Assembly: GCA_010909165.1 (NCBI GenBank)
Contig: MU008172.1
Location: forward strand, 1,054,001-1,118,000
Direction of reading: 5' to 3'
Source: Anthoceros angustus
Lineage: Eukaryota > Plantae > Anthocerotophyta
Length of the DNA: 64,000 bases
Notes under the pieces: generated by a model
Database searches by the model: none
Told to the model about the DNA's origin: nothing
Seen by the model: only the letters and a program-made list of their open reading frames with translations
Program-made: the position numbers and the translations under genes
In this document: positions 38,330 to 49,712 of the stretch, in pieces
How positions within the stretch are numbered: the stretch's first letter is position 1
How the letters are laid out: every line of letters starts with the position of its first letter

Positions 38330-39900
38330 TAGGAGGTCGGCCATGTCCGATACATCCTCCATAGCATCATCGTCAAGGCCATCAACTAGTTTCCAAAGCT
38401 CCTTGTTCCTCCCAGTAGCACCCGGAAGGTATCGCCAGACTCAAGATCCCGGCCTCTTCTCCAGTACGGCTCCTTCCGTGGGTTGTCCATGTGGCCTAAT
38501 GGATACGAGTCTCCATCCTGCATGGGCACATAGAGAATGCTTGACTCAAGACAACAAGCGTGTATGCCAACATGCATTTTCGATTGAGTTGGGTCCAGAA
38601 TGAAACCATATATGCTATGCATTTTTTGACCAGTATTGGGTCACAATTAAACTTGTTCCTCCTGCTCACCTCGTTTTCCCAATCGCCGAAGCTCCTATGG
38701 ACGATGCTCTCCACTAGACGACGTTGTTGCACGGTGAGATGTTCTTAAGTAGGTGACAACATCGAGTGATCGCAATGAGCATTCGGAGAGGACTCGCAGC
38801 AATGCCCTTTTCAAGATTGCACTGCTCACATGTTCGCCTTTGCCATGCCCACGCCAAAGAACGACCATAGCATCTTGCAACCACCAAGCTAGGGTACGGG
38901 CAACAAAGTAAGAAGGCCTACATGCTTTAAATTGACTAGCCCCCCATCAACACCAATGTTCCCGGCACCGGAAACCTGAATCACGCATCCACCGCCAATG
39001 CAACATGAGGCGGTGCATAAAACAAAGGTATCGTGGACCATATCATCACCGATGTAGAAGTGATAGTATTTGTCGATGTTAGCAGCCGCCTCGTGCATCA
39101 ATTGGACCCGTCCTCCTATAGAACACCAAGACAAAAATCGAAACGGTCATTATGCCAATGCATAGATTGAATTTCGCTTTGAACACCAAACGCATAGTTC
39201 GATCAAGTCCATGACAGAGACGACAACATCGGAACCACTCCAAGCAATCGACGAATTCCAACCCTTGCCATATCACGCACAAAAATCGCGGATGAACTCT
39301 TTCAATTTTTCTTTCAAGTACATGACAAAAATCAATGGATGAGTCTCCATGAAAACAAGTTTGATCCGCTTCTTCATGCCCATCTTGGTAACCAACGACT
39401 TGGTATTGAAAACGGCGCCACCGAGGACTGACCGAGGAAGCTTATCATTCGATGACTCGGCGGGAAGCCAATTTGCCCCACCCCACGCCGCCACAAGTGC
39501 CCGCAAACATGCGAGGTTGTGCCATCCAGTTTCCTTCGCACAAAGCAATTTCGCACAACATCCGGATACAACACATGTGTTGCTCACTACACTCTTGAAC
39601 AAGCCCGTCACCTTCTTGGGGAGCACATATGTCACATGGACAATGACATTGACCTGGATGCACACTTGAAAGACAATCAAGCATTGAAAGCGCCCTTGAG
39701 AAAGGCCATTTCCACATGATACCGCACAAGACAAGTTCCGCTCGCAGGCTCTTCACAAAATACGGCTTCAATTTCTCAAAAGTTCGCTGCCCAATTGAAA
39801 TGTCGGGATGCTCGCAGAACCGCAGTAGAATTGCCGCACACATCACAAGGCGATTTCATTACATAGCTCCCGCAGAACGGTGGTATCACCGATGGGATGG
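38330..39900 (-). pseudogene. Sola2-like DDD transposase (DFAENY-type), frameshifted
   Basis: Reconstructed motifs in order: HPDISIGQRTFEKLKPYFVK; Cys-rich region; VVSVMD.(E)NYAFGVQSEIQSMHWHN; HFYIGDDMVHDT; DGGASQFK; WSFFG.GHGKGEH..AILKRAL. The superfamily name rests on recalled motif layout, not a search. Confidence 0.75.
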
Positions 39901-40175
39901 CCAATATCAAAACGTGCAACACACTTCCAACGACGGACACGAGGTCACCAAGTGATGCCAACTAAAATGGAACAACTCCAAAACATCACCAAACCGTGTG
40001 ATCACCATTCCATCATCCACAACACCAACACATCCACCACATCACTAAGTCAAAACAGAGCTCCACCTACTCCATGACATCACCAATCCGTCCACCTTAT
40101 CACCATGCCATCATCCACATCACCAACGCATCAATCAACAAGATAGCTGACCACCACATCACCAGCTGTCCCGCA

Positions 40176-43100
40176 TGTGGGCTATGCACTTCCCTGGGGA
40201 GTTAAGAAACAAGTAGGGTTTCTGTTTTTTAGGATTGAAGGATAAATAAGGAAAAGGAGGAATAAATTGGGGTAGCGCCGGACGAGGCTCGAGTATACTC
40301 CGACTGAGTGAACAACGGACCCGCACCACTATGGCAAGCTCCGACTACGCCGAGTAACGGATAAGTCCGGAACCCACCCAGTGTCAAAACAGGATAAGTA
40401 CGCCAGGAAAGTAACCTAGGAGCGAGGCGTGAGGATGACGAGGCGGCGCCACGTGGACGGCCCCGAGTGGAGGTCGGGCATGCGAGGGTCAGACCTGCTG
40501 AGGCCGCAGGCAGTATTCACGCCCGCGGTCGCGCGGGCGCGTAAGGCGCTGCAGGTAAGCGAGGGTCGAGTATGCGCACTCGCGCGGACAACGAAGAGGC
40601 GCCTTCCGCCCAGCTTATTTCCACAAGCGCCAAGGAGGGAGGTGCGCAGCCTCCGCATAATCACAGCCCCTTGCGCCCGCAATCCGGCTCGCTATCTTTT
40701 GGGCGCCACGCTAGAGCGCAAGGTTGGAGCAATAACGCGCGAAGGAGGAACATCGTGCCGACGCCAGCCACAAAGAGAACAAGAGGAGGAGAAAGCAATG
40801 GCACCCAAAAGCCGGAAGTCTGGGAGCCATGGACCGTGGAGCGCAACATTGTGACCCGCGCTATCCGGACTTCGGGCCCCGGCCGGAGGAAGTGGAATTG
40901 GTGCAGAGTGGCATCCGGACGTGTTCCAAATGGTTCGACCTTTGACGCTACTCTAGTCCGGAGTTTGCGAAGATGTCGGGCGATCAACAAGGAGGTCCGA
41001 TCCAAGAACCTCCGGAGGACTGAGGCGATGGACCTTGAGGTCCCGAGGATGGCCTACAACCGCCAAGGAGGAAGAAGGGCGGTGCCGAGCCCCTTAAGGC
41101 GGGGAAGATAGGGCCGCCAGCCGCGATGCCGAGGCTCGAACGCAGCGACAACCAACGGATGGTTGATATCCGATCCGACAATGAGTAAGGGCGGTAGCCC
41201 GGATCATTGTCCATTGAACTCGCCACCAAGGTGGATCACCTTGGTGATAACTGCTGGTATTCTCGCATGCGCCCAGTGGGAAGAGAGCGACCGGGAAGGA
41301 TTATCTTCGCCTGGTTCGTGAGGCACGCAAGCTAAGGAGCGAGAAGCCTCATTATCGGCCGACCCCATACCGATTCATGTATGGGGACATTTCGAGCTCA
41401 AGGAGGGAGAGCTTGAGCGGCGCCCGGGCCGGAGGCCCCGCCAAGTAGAGCGTGCAAGGGCGCCCGAGGTGGGGGGGCCCTTCAAGACCAAGCGACTGGA
41501 GGAGGACGAGGGATTCCTGACTCCATACCTGAGCGAACCCCCACCACCTGTGGAAGTTTGGGAGGCGATTCCTTCCTCCTTTTGGTGCCCTCCGAGCACC
41601 AAGAGTGAGGGAGCGATGCCGAGGGCGCGGCGGCCCGCACCGGCACAGTTAACAACCACGACCGCCGAGCCCCGACGAACTCAACGGGAGCCAAGAGGCG
41701 AAGACGGTGCCGCTTACCAACGCAAAGACCTCGAAGGTGAGACTTACCCCGCCCACGAGTGGCAAGAGGTCAAGAGGCGTAAGGAGGGCGAAGGGACGTG
41801 GCAAGGTGGAGGTCACCGGCAGCCCCCACCTCGAGCCGGGTCCTGCCCCCGGCTGTGAAGGGGCAAAAGAGCTTGCTCCTGACCCCTCACCTCCTCCGAG
41901 CCCTGTGAGAAAGAGGGCACAAAGGAGTTAGAGGCCAAGAGGGCCAAGAGGGTGAGACTCGGACTCACCACTCAGACCCGAGGGTCCCGATTAGGTCCGA
42001 GAACCCACCCCGACTTACTCCGATCAAGGGTATGGAGGTCCTCGGATCGAGAAATGCCGGCCCCACTACGGACTTTGTGGGGCCTCACCGGGCCGTGGAA
42101 GAAACACGGCGAGTCCTGCTACATGGACGGAATGCTTTGGGGTCTCGTGGTACAATGGAGAAGACCTGTGAAGTGGAGGCCACCCGAGGAGGATGGTGGA
42201 ACCCAAGAGCAAGTGAAGGCGGCCTGTGGGGCAAAGGAAAGGCGGAGTCCCTCGCCGGATCGAGGAAGGGAAACGGGTGGAGCGCGAGGCCCGGTTCAGC
42301 AGATCGTTAAGGTTCTTCAATGAACAAGCAAGCTCAGAGGCCCAAGCGGGAGGACCTTTGCAAGAGGGAAGCGCAGCAGAGGCGGAAGAGGCCCGGCACA
42401 AGCAGAGAGAGCTCGGGACCGGAGGCGGCCAGAGCGCCAAGTGGGGCGGCCTGTAAAGGCGGCGAAGGAGCTCAAGTCAAAAGAGCGACCGGATCACCAT
42501 GCACGTGATCGAACCGTGGAGAGAGTCAGTGAGGCTAACTGGCCGACAAAGGCGGATGCAAGGGCCATGAAGGAGGAGATGGAGGCCGACTCGGGAGATA
42601 GAGATCTCCGGCACAGCAGGAAGTAGAGGGAGGCGGCAGCAGATGGAGGACAAAAGGACACGCTGGAGCTACAACCCAAGATGCGCTTGAGCAGCAGTGA
42701 TTCTCAACGAGAGAATCCACGACTGAGCACGAAATAGTGCAGGCCCTCAAGACGGAGGAAAATCGCGACTATCCAAGGAGTTGGACGCTGCTGCCATGTA
42801 TGAGCCGGAGGAAGTCCGAGCCTGGACGAGGTATCCGATCACCGGGAGAGGGAGTCATGAGCTAAAGGCCGTAATGAACGGAGGAGCGAGCACCGGAAGC
42901 GAAGAAGCCGGGTCCACCGAGAAAGGCGGAAGGGAACGCGCTATGGCGGTAAGTCGGGCAATGGAGAAAACGACGGAGCCGGAGCAGTGGAGCAACAGCA
43001 CCGCAGGAGGTGACCGAGGCCGCCTTGTAGCCTCGTGATACACCCCACCACAACCGGGCAGGAGAGGTGGCCCAACAAGCCGGCAAATTTTAACACTTAT

Positions 43101-44516
43101 GGCGGAGGGAGTATCGGTGCCCGCACACGTGGAAGAGGCACCAACAAGTCGATCTGACTTTGCCTATTACCACCGAGCTCCGGCGTGAGAAGCCTCTCGA
43201 CTCACAGAACGGACGGACCGGAAGGCTCAAGGAGATGAAGGCCACGGGACAAAGACAGGACCCTAGTGGCCCTGCTTGAGAGATGACGGAGCGGGAGAGG
43301 AGCAAGGAGCAGAACGAGGGAGCGGATGCGATCGAGGCACACCCCTCACCATGGAAGGAGGGCCAACGAAGGAGTACCGGGCGATCGGGAACATGGAGGA
43401 CTGAGGAGAGCCACGAGGAGTCCCGTGAGGGAGGAAACCCGGTGGAGTCCGACTTTGTCCGACCCTGAGGGAGGCCGATCAAGTCCGGACGAATAAGTCC
43501 GACTCAAGTCCGGACCGAATAAGTCCGGACTCAAGTCCGACCTGAATAACCGACCGAGGTCCGGACCCCAGACAAGGCTCGGACCTAGCCACGACCTGTG
43601 AAGGGACTCAAGTTCGTGAGTCGAGACAGACCTCGAGGACCGGATCGGGCAAGAAGGAGGAGCCCCTTCGACTTACGCTTAGGGGAGCAGAGAATGGTGG
43701 CCCCACCGCGGCGACCTGTGGGGAGGCCAGGGAGGATGACGCCGTGGTAACGGCGGTTGTCGATCACGCCGAGCCCAACCCGGTGATTCCGGGAGAGGAG
43801 GGGCCTGCCACGGATCATCCGATTGGGTGCACCACAACCGACGGGGATTGACCACCCATTCCGAGGGCCTGTGACCTTCCCACCCCACATGGCGAGATAG
43901 GGGAAAATAGGATGGTAGGCCGATTAGGGTATACCGAAATGGCTATCACCGTAATAGGGGTGTAAAGACGCCACCTTGGGCGCAGATAAGAGGGCCGATT
44001 CTAGTAAAGCATCTTTCTCTTGGTGTTGATGCCGCTGCGCACTGTGAGTCTTCTTGCTAACGTGAGTCCCGAGTCACCGAAAGGTGCACGACCCGGGAGA
44101 TTGATCAAGGTCCCGTGACGACTTAACGCTGGTGGTGTGCGGTGGAAGGGTGACTGATGTGCCGAGAGCCGCGTCCAACACCGAACGGACCGAACGTGAG
44201 CCGGAGGAACTGAGGGTGTGTAGAGGACGGAGAGGCCCGCGAACAACGAGGAGGTCCGGATCAGAACTCGCCTTTTCTAAGACCAAGAGTGTAGAGAGGA
44301 GAGGAGAGAGGAAAGGATCGAGGATGCGAACGATACGGACGCGAACGGGTCTCAAACGCTTGGCCATACCGGCCCGACGGTGAACGTAGTGTAGTAGTTG
44401 AGTGTGTTGGTGAAGGAAGAAGAATCACCGAAACGGGCCTATCATTCCCTTGGGAACGGACTTCTTCCTACAACGACACGGATTGTGGCGCTACCGCTAT
44501 CGAAAGTCCCGCCACA
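40176..44516 (+). repeat. 5' LTR of element 2 (4341 bp)
   Basis: TGTGGGCTATGCACTTC...CCCGCCACA, repeated from 49713. Confidence 0.92.
40798..43470 (+). pseudogene. LTR-encoded ORF, 5' LTR copy of element 2
   Basis: MAPK..EVWEPWTVERNIVT, NGWLISD, TKVDHLGDN, GRIIFA, IHVWGHF, then a charged or coiled-coil-like region. Frameshifted; end approximate. Confidence 0.7.
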
Positions 44517-44519
44517 TTT

Positions 44520-44536
44520 TGGCGCCGCTGTCGGGA
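44520..44536 (+). other. Primer binding site of element 2 (TGGCGCCGCTGTCGGGA, tRNA-Asp-like)
   Basis: Lies 3 nt after the LTR-terminal CA. Confidence 0.85.
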
Positions 44537-44730
44537 ATGAAATCGTCCAGAAAGTGCGCGGGAAGAGAAGGAAGTGAAGGTGAAGGCGACCGAAGAGGAA
44601 CCAGGATCGGACGTGAGCGCCTCCGAGCCAGAGAGGAGAGAGAGACGCCCAACGAGAGAGCACCGCCGTGGGAGAACGTTTGTCGAGGAAGAAGTAGCAC
44701 CACGCCCAACGGAAGAAGGTAGGACAACCG

Positions 44731-47700
44731 ATGGCGCACGATGGCCCCTACCTCGACCAAACAAGCGACTCCATATTCGGAGGGAAGAAGGAGGGATGCG
44801 AGACCTTTGTGGAGGACTTCGTCCAAAGCCAACTTCAACGGAGAGGGAGTCGACGCACTCATCCAAATTTTCCAAGGGGTTCAGAGCCTCAATGGTATCG
44901 GAGAAAGTACACCACCGAGAATGCCCCACCCGCCGCTTGAAGCTTTGAAAATGCCTTCTTAGAACGGTTTCGAGGATCGACCAGAGGGGTATGTATTATC
45001 AAAGTTGGAAAATCAAGCGAGGAAGAAGGAGAAGGGCTCAGACATCGAGCGGTTCTATGCCCGAGGATCGGCATCCAACCCATACCACGATGCAAGCGGT
45101 ACTGGTTCGCGGCCTAGCCAAACCCATGGCAGCACGCCGCCGAGAAGGACGTGCAAGGCGGCGGCCGAAAACTACGAGGAATCGCTACATCGAGGATAAA
45201 GAACCGCCAAGGAGGCAAGAAGAAGAAGAAGAAACGGGGTTCGGACTCCGAGGAGGAAGAGTCTTCGAGGAGGAGGAAGACCGAGGTGTCTCTGAGGAGG
45301 AGGAGAGTCAAGAAGAGACGAGGTCTCTAGCGAGGAAGAGTATCCCGCAAGAAGAAGAAGAAGAAGCAAAAGAAGTGGTAAGAAGGAGGTGGTGACACCA
45401 AGACCGTCCGAGAAGCTCACCGACCCGACTCCTCAAGGAGGTAGCTGTCCAGGGAGGAAGTGATAAAGAGAGTAGAGGACGACAACCAGTGTTAAGGACC
45501 GAGCGCGGACCACGGCGAACGCATCTCGTGTGCCGGTCAACAAGATCGGCCATTCAAATCCAACCGCCTCCGGCATCAAGTGGACTACGAGGAGGAGGCC
45601 GAGGAGCAATGGGAAGAGGCCTATCGCATGAAGCCCTCCGGGCCGCGATATCCCAAAACCATGTATCCGCCAACCGGAGGTCCATCCAACAGCCCCACCG
45701 ATGCAAAGACCGCATGGGAGCCCTTCGTATCCTCCGCACGTGGTCTTGGAACTGGGAACCCCGCCATTACTCCAACGCGCCGCATACCCAACGCAGGTAA
45801 TGGGGACTTCGACGGTGGTGGCGATGGTGGGGGCATATGGCAAGACGCTATGTCCCAACCCCGCTCAAGGACGGTGCGATATGCCACACCAAGCGGAGAA
45901 CCCGACCACCAACGCCACCTCCTAAGACCAAGGCTCAGAAGATGCCACCATGAGTGGGAAGAGGGAAGGGATGAACAAGTGGTACGTGGAGGAAGGGGTC
46001 GAGGAGGAGGAGGAGGAGGAGGAGGAGGCCGAGGAGGAGCGAGGAAGAAGAAGAAGAACAAGATCGGAAGGGACACCAAAGGAAGGCAATCAAAGGAAGG
46101 AGAGATCGCAGCCGACGGAGCCCCGAGGAAGTTCTCCACAGATGGGAGAAGGCCCCCGCCGACGTTAGCTTCCACCGGACGTAGTCCGGAGGTGACCGAG
46201 ATGTTGCAGGAGGAAATGCGCAAGCATCCGAGAGAATACCGAACACGACCGGGGGAGGGGAGGATGAGGGATCCTCGATTGGGGGTAGACCCGCCTTTAA
46301 TGTGGCGACTGATGAATCAACAAAGCCACCTTGTGGATAACCCGATCCAAGAGGTCCGGGGCCGTTAGGGGAACCCAGCAAACCCCAGGGAAGCAAGGAA
46401 GTGAGGGGGTGGTGTCCCATACCACGCCAGTGGTACAAGTGGAGATTGGATGTATCATCAAGGATGTACTGCTGGACACGGGTCCGAGTCAACCTCATCA
46501 CGCCACGACGAAAATTGGGCTTCACATCCTTCAACCTCAACGAAGACTCGAGAATGGCGTATATGTCAAGAAGAGATCCGCGGGAGTTAACCGAGTCTTG
46601 GCCACCATAGCACCCTACATTTTGTTGTGATCAAACCGCCGGACCATTAGGGTATGAGGTGTTGCGCCATGGCGTTGGCCTGCATAAAGCTACACTTTGG
46701 AAGGAAGGAGATTCACTTCAAGCCGTGGACTGGGACCCTAAGGTGCGAAGGGAGGGTTGCTATCACCGGAGCAAGGACACCTATTGGGGAAACCGTGAGC
46801 ACTACAGGGTATACTCGAGGACTCCACGGCGACGAACAAGATAGCTCGAGGAGGCGACTTTCGCCAAGATCCGGGGTCCGAGGAGGAGATGGACTACCAG
46901 GGATGCCTTTGGTGCGAAGTGATTGTTTTGAGGAACAAGAAGAGGAGGCTGGAAGGAAGTGAAGAGGAGAAAAGATAAGAGTGGGGACATCAAGGAGTAA
47001 CACGATTTCACGACGAGCTCTTCAGAATGGGGATGCGAGAGGACGATCCCGAGAGGAGGACGAGGGGTTTGGACGCAGCGAAAGACGGAACGGGAGACGT
47101 GAACCCGGACGACGTGGAAGAAGTGGAGGTCCGCAAATTCTCAAGTTTAAGAAAGGCATGCCTCCTGACCAAGGAAGGACTAAAGCACTGGGGAGTTTTA
47201 TGAGGTGTTCGCCTTCAAGGTCACGACATGAAGGGCATTCAAGAAGTGGGAGAGCATAAGATCGATTTGAAGCCGTGAGCCAACCGAACAATACAAGCTC
47301 AACCCCAAGTATTCGATCAAGGTGAAGGAGGTCCTTGATAAGTACCGGAGGCAGACATCATTTTCCCCATCACAAGCCGAGTGGGTCGCCGATTGTGGTG
47401 GTTCCCAAGAAACACAGACAAATTGGTATGCCAAGATTGAGGAAGCTCAACGAACGAGAAGGACCACTTCCGATGCCATTCAGAGACGACATTTTGGACA
47501 AGGTGGTCGGACGGACTACTTACTCCTTCCTCGGATGGCTACTCCGGATACAACCAATTGCACCTAAGGGAGTTTGACCGACAAGACGACCTTCACTACG
47601 GAGTGGGGTACGCTTGCCTACAAGAGAAGTGCCTTTGGGATGACCGAGCGCCTGTGGTCGCTCATGCGATGGTGACCAACGCCTTCCGTGACTTCGAGGG

Positions 47701-49680
47701 ACTTCATGGAGATATTCTGGATGATTTTTGTGTGCATGGGGAGCAGGACAAACACCTTGGGCATCTAAGAAGGTGCTTGAGCGCGCCGGAGACTCAATTG
47801 AGCCTACACCCGAGAAATGCTACTTTGGAATGACGGAGGGAATCTTGTCGACATCGTGTCGCTGAATCGAGGTGGACCAGACAAGGTCCGGTCATCCGCC
47901 TCCACCACGACGAACCTAAAGGAGCCGAGAGGTTTCGGAATGGTGGGATACTACCGGTTTATTAAGGACTTTAAGAGGGCGGCTAAGTTGATGTAATCCG
48001 CTGAAGGAGGAGGTTTGGACCGTCACGTGGAGCGAGAGGAGGCCTTCGGATTTACAACACCTTGGTAAGCGACTGCCCTAAGAGGACCGGATCGAGCAAG
48101 AAATTTCATGTGTATGTAGATGTGTCCGCTTTGCTATCGGAGTAGCCGTGGGAATGCACGAAGGATTATCCCGTATACTACCGGACGATACCACCCACGC
48201 TGAACGAAAATACACAACTACAGAGCGCCAAGCACCGGGTATGGTATATGTCGCCAAGAAATTCGACACTACCGCTACCTGGAGTTTGTGTTCTATGTAG
48301 ACCACTTACCAAGCATCCGGTGAATAAGGCGGACCGTCCGGACGGATAGCAAGGTGGATATTGTTGCCGCAGGAGTTCACGTCAAGTGGAAACAAGACAA
48401 GGGAGGCAAGACCAAAATGCGATTTCGTCACGATTGAAAACAGCAGTGTTGAGAGATCGAAGATGCGCTCCTGGATGAGACATTGGTTGCCGCAGAAAAG
48501 TACAACCGGAGGAGCCCACCGACCAACCCCAAGCTACGAGAACTGCAGCCTTAGTGTAAGAGAAGGGAGGGTCCGCCGGTCGTCCGACCCACGAAGAAAT
48601 GGAGCGTACCTGGGAATGGAGCTTCCCAAAATCGACTCGGATGAGGGAGGCATTCGCACTATGCTCGACCCTTCGTAATGTACAACGGTGTGTGTTCAAA
48701 TTAGGGCCTGACGGAGTAGAACGAAGGTACTTGCAACCGCAGATGTGGAGCGGCCGGGAATGCACGAAGGATTGGGGAGGACACTACGCAAGACAGTCAC
48801 CACCAAAAGATTTTGAAGCGGATACGTGGCCAACAATGTATGGGGACACCCACCGCTTAGAAGAAGTGTGATGCTTGTCACGGATCGGAAGCCAACCCCG
48901 ACGACACAAGGCCGCTAGTACCGATATTGGCACCGCACCTTCAAAAGTGGGTATTGACTTTGTTGGACCTATACAACGACAAGACACACAAAAGGAGATA
49001 CATCCCGTGGCAACGACACCGCACTGTGGGTAGAGGCGGTAACAAGAACGGACTCGCAAACCGTGGCCAAATTCCACGAGAACATCATAACCCGGATGAT
49101 GTCCGCATTGGTAAGTGATAGGGGAACCCATTTCCTTAATGATGTGGTGGCCGCCATGACGGAGTATTTCGCATCAATCATCGCAAGACGGCACCCTACA
49201 ATCCTAAGGCCAATGGGTTGACAGAGAAGACAAATGGGCTCATCCGCAGATCTCGAATAAACTCAAGGAACTACGCCCATGATCGATACTTGCCATCCGC
49301 ACTGTCGACAGCAGAAGGTGACCACACAACGGACTTTACTTGACACCTCCGTAATGCCGTGAGAGTTTGAAGTGCCCACTTTCGAGTAATGATGGAAGGA
49401 GTGATGAGGAAAGCCACCGAGCGACTTTGGGGTTTGTTCAACACAGGAGGAAGAAGCTCACAAGATGCAATAGCAACCAACAAAGATTTGGATCACGCCG
49501 AATCGGAGTATGTAAAGGGGGACCGCCTCCTTTATGATAGTCATATGCATTTTCCGTGCAAACTTCACCGAGATGGATGGGTCCGTACCAAGTGGTGCAA
49601 GTATATGACAACGGGTCCGTCACACGATGCCTAGATGGAGAGCTGCCCACCCGGTGAACGGGTGGCGGTGAAGAAGTAGT
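44731..49680 (+). pseudogene. gag-pol: gag-pol polyprotein of element 2 (frameshifted)
   Basis: Protease VLLDTG..VNLIT; RT SPIVVVPKK, PMPFRDDILDKV, KTTFTTEWG, ILDDFCVHG; RNase H FHVYVD, ERKYTTTER; integrase KWGIDFVGP-like, VSDRGTHFLN, APYNPKANGLTEKTNG. No chromodomain before the PPT. Confidence 0.95.
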
Positions 49681-49699
49681 GTTGGCGAGACGCCAATGA

Positions 49700-49712
49700 T
49701 GAGAAGGGAGTA
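49700..49712 (+). other. Polypurine tract of element 2 (TGAGAAGGGAGTA)
   Basis: Immediately precedes TGTGGGCTATGC at 49713. Confidence 0.9.

Noticed and set aside
49500-49712. Chromodomain or env-like ORF after integrase
   Set aside because: Integrase ends within a few dozen bases of the PPT, leaving no room and showing no motif.
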